From: an uncultured Acidobacteriota bacterium
GTDB taxonomy: Bacteria; Acidobacteriota; Vicinamibacteria; Fen-336
NCBI GenBank assembly: GCA_963720545.1
Contig: OY970399.1
Coordinates: 2,438,908-2,502,907, forward strand
Direction of reading: 5' to 3'
DNA length: 64,000 nucleotides
Part shown: piece after piece, positions 8,643 through 20,917 of the stretch
Numbering within the stretch: the first letter of the stretch is position 1
Layout of the letters: each line of letters begins with the position of its first letter
Notes under the pieces: model-generated
What the model was told of the DNA's origin: nothing
Databases searched by the model: none
The model's input: the letters and a program-made list of their open reading frames with translations, nothing else
Made by a program: the position numbers and the translations under genes

Positions 8643-8680
8643 ATCGTGAGTCGCGTTGGTTGCGACGCGCGACTCACGAT
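8643..8680. terminator. perfect 13-bp inverted repeat (ATCGTGAGTCGCG...CGCGACTCACGAT) between the convergent atpF and amidohydrolase genes; candidate bidirectional terminator
   Basis: Read directly from the sequence. The 3-prime arm abuts the amidohydrolase stop. There is no clear U-tract. A weaker GC hairpin lies at about 8600-8625. Confidence 0.4.
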
Positions 8681-10413
8681 TACTTCTCGTACACAACCTT
8701 CCCGTTCCACACCGTCAGCTCGCACTTCATGTCCTTGATGCGAGCCGGCGGCACCGCATACGGGTCGACATCCCAGACCGCGATGTCGGCGTACTTGCCA
8801 ATTTCGAGCGACCCGGTCTTGTCCTCCAGGAACATCTGGCGCGCCACGTTGATCGTCTGAGCGCGCAGCGCCTGGTGCACGTCGATCGCCTCGGCGGTGC
8901 CGAACGGCGTCTTGCCGTAGACGCCGAGAAGCGTCTCGCGCGCCGTCGACGCCCAGATGCCGTACTGTGCCGGGAATGGCGTCACGGAATAGTCGGATGA
9001 GTTCGCCCACTTGATGCCGCGGGCGAGGAACGTCCTGAACGGGTTGAGCCGGGGCGAACGCGCTGCGCCGAACGTGCCCGCGTAGGTGTCGCCGATCCAC
9101 CAGAGGAAGGTCGCGGACGGCTCCGGATAGCCGGCGTCCATGTCCTTCTGCAGGCGGGCCAGCACGTCCAGCGCGTGGTCGGTGGGCGCGACGGCGTGGA
9201 TCAGGCCGTGGCGCAGGCCGCGCTTCGGCGCCGCGGCAAGCGCTTGGTCGTAGCTGTCGAGCACCCAGTCGAGGGCACGGTCGCCGACCGCATGCGTGCT
9301 CACGTGCAGGCCGGCCTCGTGGACGGCGCGGATCTGCCGGCGGATGACCTGCGGATCGTAGGCGGGATAGCCGCTGTTGCCCTTGTCGGGTTCGGTGCGG
9401 TTCCTGAACCAGTCGCTCCACATCCAGGCGGTGCGCGCGCCGCCGCTGCCGTCCGAATAGAGCTTGACGCCGCCGAGGAACAGCTGGTCGTCGCCGGTCG
9501 CTTCCGGCGGGTGCGGCACGGACCGGACTTTTGCGATCGCCGCTGCTGCGGACGCTTCGGTCTGGCCGCCGCCCCAGAGCGCCATGACGCGCACCGTGAG
9601 CGTGCCCTGCGCGTGCGCCTTGCCGTACGCCGTCCAGATCGCTTCGCCAATGTCGGGATCCTTGGCGCCGGTCATGCCGGAGCGGTTGAACTCCTTTGCC
9701 TGCGCCGCGATCGCCGCCACCCACTCGTCGGGGGTTGCGTCGGGGATGAGTTTGGTGACGAGATTCAACGCCGATTCCTTGAGGACGCCGGTCGGCGTGC
9801 CGTCGGCATCGCGGTCGATGGTGCCGCCTGGAGGGTCGGGCGTTTCCTTGCTGATCCTCGCGAGTGCCAGGGCCGCGCTGTTGGCGACTCCGTAGTGGCC
9901 GGTGGTGTGGCCCAGCCACATCGGCCGTCCCGCGGAAGCGGCGTCGAGATCGGAGGCACGCAGGTAGCGCCGCTCGGCCAGCTTGCTCTCGTCCCAGCCA
10001 GCGCCGAGGATCCAGCCGCCCGCGGGCGTCTTCGCAGCGCGTTCCTTCACCAGCGCCACCGCATCCGCCACGCTCTTGACGTTGGGGTAGGACATCTGGA
10101 TATTGAGCAGCACGTCGAGCCCGCTGCTCGCGAGGTGGTTGTGCGCGTCCATCAACCCCGGGGTGACGCCGCGGCCCGCAAGGTCGATGACGCGGGTCCT
10201 GGGGCCGATGAACGGCTTGACCTCAGCATCGGTGCCCACCGCGACGATGCGCTCGCCGCGCACCGCGAGCGCCTGGACAACGCTGTCCTGCGCGTCCACC
10301 GTGATCACCCGCCCGTTCGTGAGCACGAGGTCCGCCGGCTCGTCAGGCGCGGCGCCGAGCGTGGCGGCGAACAGGAAGAGCGCGACCGGCATCGTCATCA
10401 AGTGGTTTTTCAT
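8680..10413 (-). CDS. amidohydrolase family protein (Amidohydro_3/YtcJ-like), secreted
   Basis: Metal-binding motifs (DAHNHL, HAVGD). Signal peptide MKNHLMTMPVALFLFAATLGA. The ORF track extends 44 aa further upstream; I judge that extension spurious. Confidence 0.85.
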   Translation of the reverse strand: MKNHLMTMPVALFLFAATLGAAPDEPADLVLTNGRVITVDAQDSVVQALAVRGERIVAVGTDAEVKPFIGPRTRVIDLAGRGVTPGLMDAHNHLASSGLDVLLNIQMSYPNVKSVADAVALVKERAAKTPAGGWILGAGWDESKLAERRYLRASDLDAASAGRPMWLGHTTGHYGVANSAALALARISKETPDPPGGTIDRDADGTPTGVLKESALNLVTKLIPDATPDEWVAAIAAQAKEFNRSGMTGAKDPDIGEAIWTAYGKAHAQGTLTVRVMALWGGGQTEASAAAAIAKVRSVPHPPEATGDDQLFLGGVKLYSDGSGGARTAWMWSDWFRNRTEPDKGNSGYPAYDPQVIRRQIRAVHEAGLHVSTHAVGDRALDWVLDSYDQALAAAPKRGLRHGLIHAVAPTDHALDVLARLQKDMDAGYPEPSATFLWWIGDTYAGTFGAARSPRLNPFRTFLARGIKWANSSDYSVTPFPAQYGIWASTARETLLGVYGKTPFGTAEAIDVHQALRAQTINVARQMFLEDKTGSLEIGKYADIAVWDVDPYAVPPARIKDMKCELTVWNGKVVYEK

Positions 10414-10459
10414 TGGCAATCCGGTCCGTAAGCTATCATTCGCCGCCAGCGAGGTGCTC

Positions 10460-10795
10460 GTGTCCCAACGTGAGGTCGAGGTCGCGAAAATCTTCAAGGG
10501 GCTGCCGAAGCTCTTCCAGAAGGGCGTGGTCACGACACCGCGCACCTTCTATTTCTCGCTGGATGACGACGCGAAGTGGAGCGTCTCGCTCGGCACGGAC
10601 AAGTGCGAAGTGAAGGAAGGCAAGCCGTCGCAGGACGCCGACTGCTTCTTCAAGAGCACGAAGGAGCTGTTCCTCGAGGTCTGGGCCGGCAAGCACACGC
10701 CGTCCGCCAGCGACTTCCTCATGGGCCGCATCAAGAGCAACAACCCGCTGCTCCTCAAGGACTTCGTCGCCGCGTTTCGCAAGAAGGCGAAGTAG
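10460..10795 (+). CDS. SCP2 sterol-carrier-like domain protein
   Basis: GTG start at 10454 or 10460. About 112 aa. SCP2 fold signature (...FYFSLDDD...GKPSQDADCFFKSTKELFLEVWAGK...). Confidence 0.7.
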   Translation: MSQREVEVAKIFKGLPKLFQKGVVTTPRTFYFSLDDDAKWSVSLGTDKCEVKEGKPSQDADCFFKSTKELFLEVWAGKHTPSASDFLMGRIKSNNPLLLKDFVAAFRKKAK

Positions 10796-10842
10796 CGGCG
10801 TTAGACTTGCAGGGGATACGCCAGGAATGCGGGTGAGAGTCG

Positions 10843-13017
10843 ATGACGCAGTTCGAAGACGTCTACGAAACGGTCAGGAGCAATCACCCCGGTTCGCCTG
10901 ACCTCGAGCTGCTGCGCAAGGCGTACGTCTTTTCCGCCGTCGAGCACAAGGGGCAGACCCGGGCCTCAGGCGAGCCCTACCTCACGCACCCGCTCGAGGT
11001 CGCCGCCATCCTCGCCGACATGCGCTCCGACCCGTCGTGCGTCGCGGTCGGCCTGCTGCACGACGTGCTCGAGGACACGCTCACCGAACCCGACCGGCTG
11101 AAGGAGAACTTCGGCCCGCAGATCTTCCACCTGGTCGAGGGCGTCACCAAGATCAGCCAGATCCCGTTCTCGTCCACCGAGGAGCGACAGGCCGAGAACT
11201 TCCGCAAGCTGCTGCTCGCCATGGTGGACGACGTGCGCGTCATCCTGGTGAAGCTCGCCGACCGCCTCCACAACATGCGCACGCTGCAGTACCTGCCCGA
11301 GGACCGCAGGCAGCGCGTGGCGCGCGAGACGATGGACATCTATGCGCCGCTCGCCGGCCGGCTCGGCATGAGCCTGGTGAAGAACGAGCTCGAGGAGCTG
11401 TCGTTCCAGTACCTCGAGCAGGACGCCTACCAGGAGCTCGCGGCACGGGTCGAGGAGCGCCGCAAGAGCGCCGAGGACTTCATCGACAAGATCCGCGCGA
11501 GCTGCGCCGACAAGCTGGCGCTGGCCGGCATCGAGCTGATGTCGATCGACGGCCGCATCAAGCGCCTGTACTCGATCCACCAGAAACTGGAGCGCCAGCA
11601 CATCCAGCTCGACCAGGTCTACGACTTCGTCGCCCTGCGGGTGCTGGTCACCAGCGTCAGCGACTGCTACGCGGCGCTCGGCGTGTTCCACAATGCCTGG
11701 CGGCCGATCCCGGGGCGCATCAAGGACTTCATCGCGATGCCGCGCCCCAACGGCTACCGCTCGTTGCACACCTCGGTGATCAGCGAGGACGGCCAGCCGT
11801 TCGAGATCCAGATCCGCACCACCGAGATGCACCGCGTCGCCGAGGAAGGCATCGCCGCCCACTGGAAATACAAGGAAGGCCGCGCCGGCCTCGACAAGGA
11901 CGACCAGGCGTTCGCCTGGCTGCGCCAGGTGCTCGAATGGCAGCACGAGGTGCAGGACCCGCACGAGTTTCTCGCTTCGCTGAAGCTCGACCTCTATCCG
12001 GAGGAGGTCTACTGCTTCACGCCCAAGGGGCTCGTGAAGACGCTGCCGCGCAACGCGACGCCGCTCGACTTCGCCTACGCGGTGCATACCGAAGTGGGCC
12101 ACCAGTGCGTGGGCGTGCGCGTCAACGGCAAGATGGTGGCGCTTCGCTACACGCTGAAGAACGGCGACATCGTCGAGGTGCTGACCTCGCCCGGGCACAA
12201 GCCGAGCCGCGACTGGCTGAGCCTCGTGGTCACGAACTCGGCGCGCCAGAAGATTCGCCGCTACCTCAACAACGCCGAGCGGCAGCAGGCGATAGACATC
12301 GGCCGCAAGCACCTCGAGCGCGAACTGAAGCGTTACGACCTCACCTTGAAGCGGGCGATCCCGGACGCCGCCAAGGGCAGTAGCCTCGCGCAGCAGCTCG
12401 GCGTCGGCAGCCAGGGCGACGACGTCTACGCCGCGATCGGTTATGGCAAGCTGCCGATCCGCCAGGCGCTGACCCTGCTGGTGCCGGCCGAGTCGCTTGA
12501 AGCGCCGCCGCCGGAGCGCCGCCGGCCGCTGAGCGACGCGGTCAAGAAGCTGTTCCGCCTCGACGGCGACCAGATCCGGGTGCGCGGCACCGACGACCTG
12601 CTCATCTACCGGGCGAAGTGCTGCAACCCGATTCTCGGCGAACCGATCGTCGGCTACATCACCCGCGGCCGCGGCATCTCGGTGCACGCGCAGGCCTGCC
12701 CCAACGTCCGCAACCTCGCCTACGCGGCCGAGCGGCGCATCGACGTGGAGTGGGAGACGAGCGGCGAAGCGGCCTACGAGGTGGAGATCGCCGTGCGCGT
12801 CGAAGACCGGCCCGGCCTCCTGGCCGGCATCACCGCGGTGATCGCCGGGATGCAGGCAGACATCAGGAACGCCGAGGCCCGCACCTTCGACGACCACTCC
12901 GCGGCCATCGAGTTCACCCTCAAGGTGAAGGATTTAAAGCACTTGGAAAAGGTGGTGCGTTCGGTGCGCGGCGTTTCCGGCGTGCTGGGCGTGGAGCGCC
13001 AGGGCCAGCGGCATTAG
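10843..13017 (+). CDS. rel: bifunctional (p)ppGpp synthetase/hydrolase RelA/SpoT (Rel)
   Basis: HD domain (HDVLEDT), synthetase domain, TGS and ACT domains. Length 724 aa. Confidence 0.95.
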   Translation: MTQFEDVYETVRSNHPGSPDLELLRKAYVFSAVEHKGQTRASGEPYLTHPLEVAAILADMRSDPSCVAVGLLHDVLEDTLTEPDRLKENFGPQIFHLVEGVTKISQIPFSSTEERQAENFRKLLLAMVDDVRVILVKLADRLHNMRTLQYLPEDRRQRVARETMDIYAPLAGRLGMSLVKNELEELSFQYLEQDAYQELAARVEERRKSAEDFIDKIRASCADKLALAGIELMSIDGRIKRLYSIHQKLERQHIQLDQVYDFVALRVLVTSVSDCYAALGVFHNAWRPIPGRIKDFIAMPRPNGYRSLHTSVISEDGQPFEIQIRTTEMHRVAEEGIAAHWKYKEGRAGLDKDDQAFAWLRQVLEWQHEVQDPHEFLASLKLDLYPEEVYCFTPKGLVKTLPRNATPLDFAYAVHTEVGHQCVGVRVNGKMVALRYTLKNGDIVEVLTSPGHKPSRDWLSLVVTNSARQKIRRYLNNAERQQAIDIGRKHLERELKRYDLTLKRAIPDAAKGSSLAQQLGVGSQGDDVYAAIGYGKLPIRQALTLLVPAESLEAPPPERRRPLSDAVKKLFRLDGDQIRVRGTDDLLIYRAKCCNPILGEPIVGYITRGRGISVHAQACPNVRNLAYAAERRIDVEWETSGEAAYEVEIAVRVEDRPGLLAGITAVIAGMQADIRNAEARTFDDHSAAIEFTLKVKDLKHLEKVVRSVRGVSGVLGVERQGQRH

Positions 13018-13071
13018 CCGCAAGGGCGCGAAGTCGGCTAGAATCAGGGCTTTTCGGGAGACGATCAGACG

Positions 13072-13287
13072 ATGGCGATGCGATGTGAAATCTGCGGCAA
13101 GGGCCCCCAGTTCGGCAGCCGGATCAGCCATGCCCACAACGTGACGCACCGCCGCTTCAACCCGAACCTGCAGAAGGTGCGCGCTGTCGTCAACGGCACC
13201 CGCAGGCGCGTCAAGGTCTGCACCGGCTGCATCCGCTCGGGCAAGATCACCAAGCCGCCCGTGCGCACCCGCACCGCCGTCGCCTAA
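13072..13287 (+). CDS. rpmB: 50S ribosomal protein L28
   Basis: 71 aa with an L28 signature (C.ICGK..QFG..ISHAHN.T.RRF.PNLQ). A TAGAAT -10-like element lies upstream. Confidence 0.85.
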   Translation: MAMRCEICGKGPQFGSRISHAHNVTHRRFNPNLQKVRAVVNGTRRRVKVCTGCIRSGKITKPPVRTRTAVA

Positions 13288-13668
13288 CTAAAAGGCGGCG
13301 ATCACGTCGATCTCGACGCGCGCTCCTGCCTTGGGCAGGGCCGCGGCCTGGATGGTGGAGCGTACCGGCGGATGCTGGCCCAGGTGGCGCGCATACACCT
13401 CGTTCATCGCGGCGAACTCCGCCATGTCGGCGAGATACACGGTCGCCTTCACGACGTGCTCGGCGCCGAGCTTGGCTTCCTTGAGGATCGCGAGCAGGTT
13501 TTTCAGCACCTGTTCGGTCTGCTCCGAGATGCCGCCCTCCACCAGGTTGCCGGTCTTCGGATCGATCGCCACCTGGCCGGAGACGAACATCAGGCCGCCG
13601 GCGATGATCGCCTGCGAATATGGCCCGATGGGCTTCGGCGCGTCGCTCGAGGTGATGAACTTCTGCAC
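13288..13668 (-). CDS. ridA: RidA/YjgF family reactive intermediate deaminase
   Basis: GTG start with GGAGAAG RBS. YjgF signature (PARS..EV..LP.GA.VEIDVIA). Upstream ORF extension rejected. Confidence 0.85.
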   Translation of the reverse strand: MQKFITSSDAPKPIGPYSQAIIAGGLMFVSGQVAIDPKTGNLVEGGISEQTEQVLKNLLAILKEAKLGAEHVVKATVYLADMAEFAAMNEVYARHLGQHPPVRSTIQAAALPKAGARVEIDVIAAF

Positions 13669-13777
13669 GTTTTCTCTTCTCCGATCATGTGCGGCGGGGG
13701 GATGAACTTGCGAAGTCTGCAGCACGCGGGCCCCGGCCGCAACACTGGCGCCCTGCGTCACAACGGCTGACGGCACG

Positions 13778-14125
13778 TCAGCGCGAAGCGACCGCCGTGT
13801 CCGAATGCTTGCTGAGCAGGCTCGCGAGATCGGTCTTGGAAAGTGCCCCCACGCGCTGCTCGGCCACCTGGCCGTTCTTGAAGACGAGGAGAGTGGGGAT
13901 GGAGCGGATCGCGTACTTCATGGCGATCTCGCCCTGCTCGTCCACGTTCAGCTTGCCGACCTTCACGCGGCCCGCAAAGTCGTTGGCGACGGCTTCGACG
14001 AACGGCGAAATCATCCGGCACGGCGCGCACCATTCGGCCCAGAAATCGACGAGCACCGGCTGCGCCGACTTCAGCACTTCCGCTTCCCAGTTCTGCGTGG
14101 TGAATTCGCTGACGTTGGGGTTCAC
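13778..14125 (-). CDS. trxA: thioredoxin
   Basis: WCAPC active site. About 115 aa. GTG start with GGGAGG RBS. Overlaps the upstream gene stop (GTGA). Confidence 0.9.
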   Translation of the reverse strand: MNPNVSEFTTQNWEAEVLKSAQPVLVDFWAEWCAPCRMISPFVEAVANDFAGRVKVGKLNVDEQGEIAMKYAIRSIPTLLVFKNGQVAEQRVGALSKTDLASLLSKHSDTAVASR

Positions 14126-14487
14126 TGACGACCTCCCGTTAGTGTCAAGTTCTCGTCCAGGCCGGCGGCCACGTCCGCGGCGGTGATGTCCCAGTTGTCG
14201 CGGTCGAACACGGCCTTGCTGTCCTTGAAAAGGATGAATTGCGGGGATTCGTGGGCTATCCCGGTCAAGGAGGCGACACGGTCGCTCGCCGGCCGCCACT
14301 CGACCACGCGGATGATCCCGAGCGGCAGGCCTTCGCGCGCTTCCAGGTTCCCCTGGACGTGGGTGAAGGTTTCCTGGGTCTTGTGGCAGGTGCCAGCCTT
14401 GAAGATCGCGGCCTCGGGGTTTGAAGCGAGAAAAGAATCGACCTCTTCGGGCGTCTTCAGGAACTGGATGCGATCCTTGAGGGTCAT
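14122..14487 (-). CDS. thioredoxin-like YtxJ/DUF2847 family protein
   Basis: 121 aa with a single Cys in GTCHKTQ and a thioredoxin-like fold pattern. Translationally coupled to trxA. Confidence 0.55.
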   Translation of the reverse strand: MTLKDRIQFLKTPEEVDSFLASNPEAAIFKAGTCHKTQETFTHVQGNLEAREGLPLGIIRVVEWRPASDRVASLTGIAHESPQFILFKDSKAVFDRDNWDITAADVAAGLDENLTLTGGRQ

Positions 14488-14518
14488 GAATTCATTGTAG
14501 CGCGGACCTGCGCGGGCA

Positions 14519-15307
14519 CTAGCTGGAGGGGTTTTCCTGGTCCTGGCGGGCCAGCAGCACCGCCAGTTCGGCGAGGTTCTCGACCACCTGGTGCGGCCGG
14601 TAGGCGTAGCGGCCGAGATCCTCTTTCTGGCTCACCCCGGTCAGCACCAGCGCCGTCTCCATGCCGGCCTGGATGCCGGCGATGATGTCGGTGTCCATGT
14701 TGTCGCCCACCATCAGGGTGTTGTCTGTGCGGGTCTGCAGGTGGTGGAGCGCGGCGCGGATCATGAACGAGCTGGGCTTGCCGACGTAGAACGGCTGCAT
14801 GCGCGTGATCTTCTCGATCGGCGTCGCCAGGGCGCCGCAGCTCGGCCGGCCGTGCGGCCCGGAGACGTCGGGGTTGGTGGCGACGAAGCGCGCGCCGGCG
14901 TTGATGAGCTGCACCGCGCGCTGGATCATGTCGAAGTTGTAGGAACGGGTCTCGCCGAGGATCACGAAGTCGGCTTCGGATTCCACCAGGCTGAAGCCGA
15001 TCTGGTAGAGCGCATGCACCAGGGCGCCCTCGCCGATCACGTACGCCTTGCGCGAGGTGCCTGCCTGCTGGTCGAGGAATTCCGCCGTCGCCATCGCCGA
15101 GGTGTAGAAGCGGTCGGCGGACGCCTCGATGCCCGCGCGCAGGAAGCGGTTGCGCAGGTCGCCGGGTGTCTGCGACGAGTAGTTGGTGAGGAACAGGAAC
15201 GGCCGCCCGGCGGCGGTGAACTCCGCCACCATCTCGCGCGCGCCCGGCAGGGCCGTGTCGTCGCGCAGGATCACCCCGTCGATGTCGAGGATCGCGGCCT
15301 TCCTCAT
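14519..15307 (-). CDS. HAD-superfamily subfamily IIA hydrolase (NagD-like)
   Basis: DIDGV motif I, LTN motif II, and GDNMDTDI motif IV. Confidence 0.85.
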   Translation of the reverse strand: MRKAAILDIDGVILRDDTALPGAREMVAEFTAAGRPFLFLTNYSSQTPGDLRNRFLRAGIEASADRFYTSAMATAEFLDQQAGTSRKAYVIGEGALVHALYQIGFSLVESEADFVILGETRSYNFDMIQRAVQLINAGARFVATNPDVSGPHGRPSCGALATPIEKITRMQPFYVGKPSSFMIRAALHHLQTRTDNTLMVGDNMDTDIIAGIQAGMETALVLTGVSQKEDLGRYAYRPHQVVENLAELAVLLARQDQENPSS

Positions 15308-16716
15308 CGTGCCGAGACGAACTCCCCGGCGCTCGCGAGGTCGTAGGTTTCGTTCATGCCGGGCACGGTGGTGGCGAAGCCGCGCTCGTTCCTGATCTTG
15401 GCGGCAAGCGACTCGGCGGCCACCGCCTCACCGTGCGTCACGAAGATACGCGCCGGCGGCTGCTGCACGGCCGACAGCCAGCGCACCATCTCGAAGGCGT
15501 CGCCGTGTCCCGACATGCCCTTGAGGCTCGCGATCTCGGCGCGCACCGCCACCTCGCCCTTGTGGATGCGCACCGTGCGCTTGCCCTCGACCAGCGAGCG
15601 GCCGAGCGTGTTCTCGGCCTGGTAGCCGGTGATCACGAGCGTGTTGCGCCAGTCGGGCAGGCGCTGGCGGCAGTGGTGCAGGATGCGGCCGCCGGTCAAC
15701 ATGCCGGAGGACGAGATGATGACCGCCGGGCCCTTGACGTCGTTGAGCTTTTCCGACTCGGCGCGGGTGCGGCTGAAGTGCACCCACTGGCCATAGAGCA
15801 GGCTGCGCCCGCCGATACCGGTGAGGCTCTCGCCGTGTGCGTCAGGATAGTTCGCGTAGATGCGGGTCGCGTCGATCGCCATCGGGCTGTCGAGATAGAT
15901 CTGGAACGGCCGCAGGTGGCCTTCGCTCACCAGCTTGTCCATCAGCCAGATCACCTGTTGCGCACGGCCCACCGCGAACGCCGGCACCAGCACGATGCCG
16001 CCCTTCGCGAAGGTGCGCTCGAGGATGCCGAGGAGCTGCTCCTCGATCGGCACCGCCTCGTGCACGCGGTTGCCGTAGGTGCTTTCCACGACCATGTAGT
16101 CGGCGGCGGTCGCGAGGTCGGGCGGCCGGGTGAGGATCGGCGCGAAACGGCCGACGTCGCCGCTGAACAGGATGCTCGTCTCCTTGCCGGCTTCGGTGAC
16201 CTGCACCCGCGCCGAGGCCGCGCCCAACAGGTGGCCCGCGTTGGTGTACGAAAAGGCGACATCGGGCGCCACCGCCGTCGTCTCGCCGAAGTTCGCGGTG
16301 CGGAACAGCTTCAGCGCCGCCTCGACGTCGGCGCTGTCGAAAAGCGGCAGCGCCGGCTTGTGGCTCGTCAGCCCCTTGCGGTTCAGATACTCCGCGTCTT
16401 CTTCCTGCAGGTGCGCCGCATCCTTCAGCAGCACCTCGGCGAGGTCGCGGGTCGCCGGCGTGCAGTAGACCGGCGCGCGCAGGCCCTGCTTCACGAGCCT
16501 CGGGATGCGGCCGATGTGGTCGAGGTGCGTGTGGGTGACGACCAGCGCCGTGATGCGGGCGGGGTCGAAGCCGGGTGCCTGCCAGTTGCGGTCGCGCAAC
16601 TCTTTCGGGCCCTGGAACATGCCCGAATCGACGAGCACCGACGAGCCTGCGGTGCGCAGCAGGTATTGGGAACCGGTGACCGTGCGCGCTGCGCCGAGAA
16701 ACGTGAGTGTCGGCAT
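15304..16716 (-). CDS. MBL-fold metallo-hydrolase with beta-CASP/RNA-metabolising domain
   Basis: HTHLDH motif. The beta-CASP arrangement and a C-terminal RMMBL-like region are present. 4-nt overlap (ATGA) with the HAD gene. Confidence 0.85.
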   Translation of the reverse strand: MPTLTFLGAARTVTGSQYLLRTAGSSVLVDSGMFQGPKELRDRNWQAPGFDPARITALVVTHTHLDHIGRIPRLVKQGLRAPVYCTPATRDLAEVLLKDAAHLQEEDAEYLNRKGLTSHKPALPLFDSADVEAALKLFRTANFGETTAVAPDVAFSYTNAGHLLGAASARVQVTEAGKETSILFSGDVGRFAPILTRPPDLATAADYMVVESTYGNRVHEAVPIEEQLLGILERTFAKGGIVLVPAFAVGRAQQVIWLMDKLVSEGHLRPFQIYLDSPMAIDATRIYANYPDAHGESLTGIGGRSLLYGQWVHFSRTRAESEKLNDVKGPAVIISSSGMLTGGRILHHCRQRLPDWRNTLVITGYQAENTLGRSLVEGKRTVRIHKGEVAVRAEIASLKGMSGHGDAFEMVRWLSAVQQPPARIFVTHGEAVAAESLAAKIRNERGFATTVPGMNETYDLASAGEFVSAR

Positions 16717-16782
16717 TGGGCCATCCGAGTATATGCGCGCTTGAAGCCGCTATAGTTGCCGGCGATAGAGCGGAGGACTGCC

Positions 16783-17637
16783 ATGACCTTGAGCCACTGG
16801 CCGCGGAACGTTCTTGCCGGCGCCTGTCTCGTCCTCGCAACCGCGGGCGCCGTTTCCGCCGCCGAGCCGCTGCCGCCGCTGATGCGCATCCCGGCCGGCG
16901 ACTTCATCATGGGTTCGGACGCGGGCGCGCCCGACGAGCATCCGGCGCACAAGGTGGCGGTGGCCGAATTCCTGATCGGCGTCCACGAGGTGACTCAGGC
17001 GGAGTACGCGCGCTTCGTCGCGGCCACTTCGCACCGCCTGCCCGGTTCGCAGCCGGTGCCGTCGATCGTGGCGCCCGAGCGCCTCGCGAGCTTCCGCGAG
17101 ATCGCCGCGAACTACGCGTGGGAAAACGGCAAGCCGCCCGCGGGCAAGGAGAACCATCCCGTGGTGCTCGTCGGCATGGACGACGCTCTCGCCTACTGCG
17201 CCTGGCTCGGCAAGGAAACGGGGCAGGAGGTGCGGCTGCCGAGCGAAGCGGAATGGGAGAAGGCCGCGCGCGGCGGCCTGGTCGGGGCTCGCTACCCCTG
17301 GGGCAACGAGGAACTCAGCGGCCGCGCCAACTACCTGCCCGACGTCAAGCTGAAGCCGACGCGCGGCACCGAGCCCGTCGGCAAGTATGCCGCCAACGGC
17401 TACTCGCTCTTCGACATGTCGGGGAACGCCTGGGAATGGGTGGCCGACGTCTATGCGCCCTATCCCGGCGGGAAGTTTCCAGAAGGCGCCCCCACCGACA
17501 ACCGCCTGGTGCGCGGCGGCGCCTGGCTCGACGACAACCCCGACCTGCTCACCGTGAGCCACCGCCACGAGACGCCGCCCGACACGTTCTCGTACAGCAT
17601 CGGGTTTCGCGTCGCGGTCAGTGCTGCGCGGAAGTAG
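16783..17637 (+). CDS. formylglycine-generating enzyme family protein (FGE-sulfatase domain)
   Basis: Signal peptide. FGE motifs (RLPSEAEWE, RGG.W, GFR). The ORF track starts at 16756. Confidence 0.85.
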   Translation: MTLSHWPRNVLAGACLVLATAGAVSAAEPLPPLMRIPAGDFIMGSDAGAPDEHPAHKVAVAEFLIGVHEVTQAEYARFVAATSHRLPGSQPVPSIVAPERLASFREIAANYAWENGKPPAGKENHPVVLVGMDDALAYCAWLGKETGQEVRLPSEAEWEKAARGGLVGARYPWGNEELSGRANYLPDVKLKPTRGTEPVGKYAANGYSLFDMSGNAWEWVADVYAPYPGGKFPEGAPTDNRLVRGGAWLDDNPDLLTVSHRHETPPDTFSYSIGFRVAVSAARK

Positions 17638-20346
<2,709 letters not shown>

Positions 20347-20367
20347 AGTCGCTGTCTCCGTTCTGGA

Positions 20368-20853
20368 TCATCCCGCGCGGCGGCTGGCGACCAGCAGGAT
20401 GAGGGCGAGGAATACGACACTTTCGACGACCATGCGCCCGGGGTCGAAGAGGGCGATCCCGGGTGCCAGCACGAAGGCGGCGGCCGCCAGGCCAAACACC
20501 AGCCCCGCCTGCACCAGCGCGCAGAGCCGCGGCGTCGTGCGCGTCAGCACCCAGACGGCGAGCAGCACCTGCAGTGCACCGATGCCGAGGCGCCAGTCGT
20601 CGGCGTAGGAGAACCAGCGGCCGGGCAGCGCCACCAGCATCGCGTCGTCGGACGCGCAGCCGTGCAGCAGCTTGCACCACAGGCCGTTGTAGAGCCAGGC
20701 GAACGCAAGCGCCAGTTCGGCGAAGAACAGCACCGGGCCGCCGCGGCGCTCGCGTGCCCGGCGGGCGGCGGCGATCGCTTCGGGCGTGAGCGGCTCGAAA
20801 CCATCGGGAGGCGTGTCGTCGCTGTGCCGCAGGCTGAGATCGAGATCCGTCAT
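20368..20853 (-). CDS. DoxX-like family membrane protein
   Basis: 162 aa with 4 TM helices and a DoxX-like pattern (LALAFAWLYNGLWCKLL...). 21-nt gap to acnA. Confidence 0.6.
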   Translation of the reverse strand: MTDLDLSLRHSDDTPPDGFEPLTPEAIAAARRARERRGGPVLFFAELALAFAWLYNGLWCKLLHGCASDDAMLVALPGRWFSYADDWRLGIGALQVLLAVWVLTRTTPRLCALVQAGLVFGLAAAAFVLAPGIALFDPGRMVVESVVFLALILLVASRRAG

Positions 20854-20917
20854 CGAAGCGCCTCTATCGTCGCATACTTGACGCGGTGTAGCGTGGTTGC
20901 GGAGGCACAGGAAAGTC

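Noticed and set aside
10414-10545. N-terminal 44-aa extension of the amidohydrolase ORF (and similar track extensions of the RES gene to 22663, the VWA gene to 3870, the CheB-CheR gene to 43372, the MCO to 28155, the M28 gene to 38229, and others)
   Set aside because: The extensions lack signal or domain features and overlap neighbouring genes or promoters. Internal starts with RBSs and sensible N-termini (signal peptides, domain starts) were preferred.
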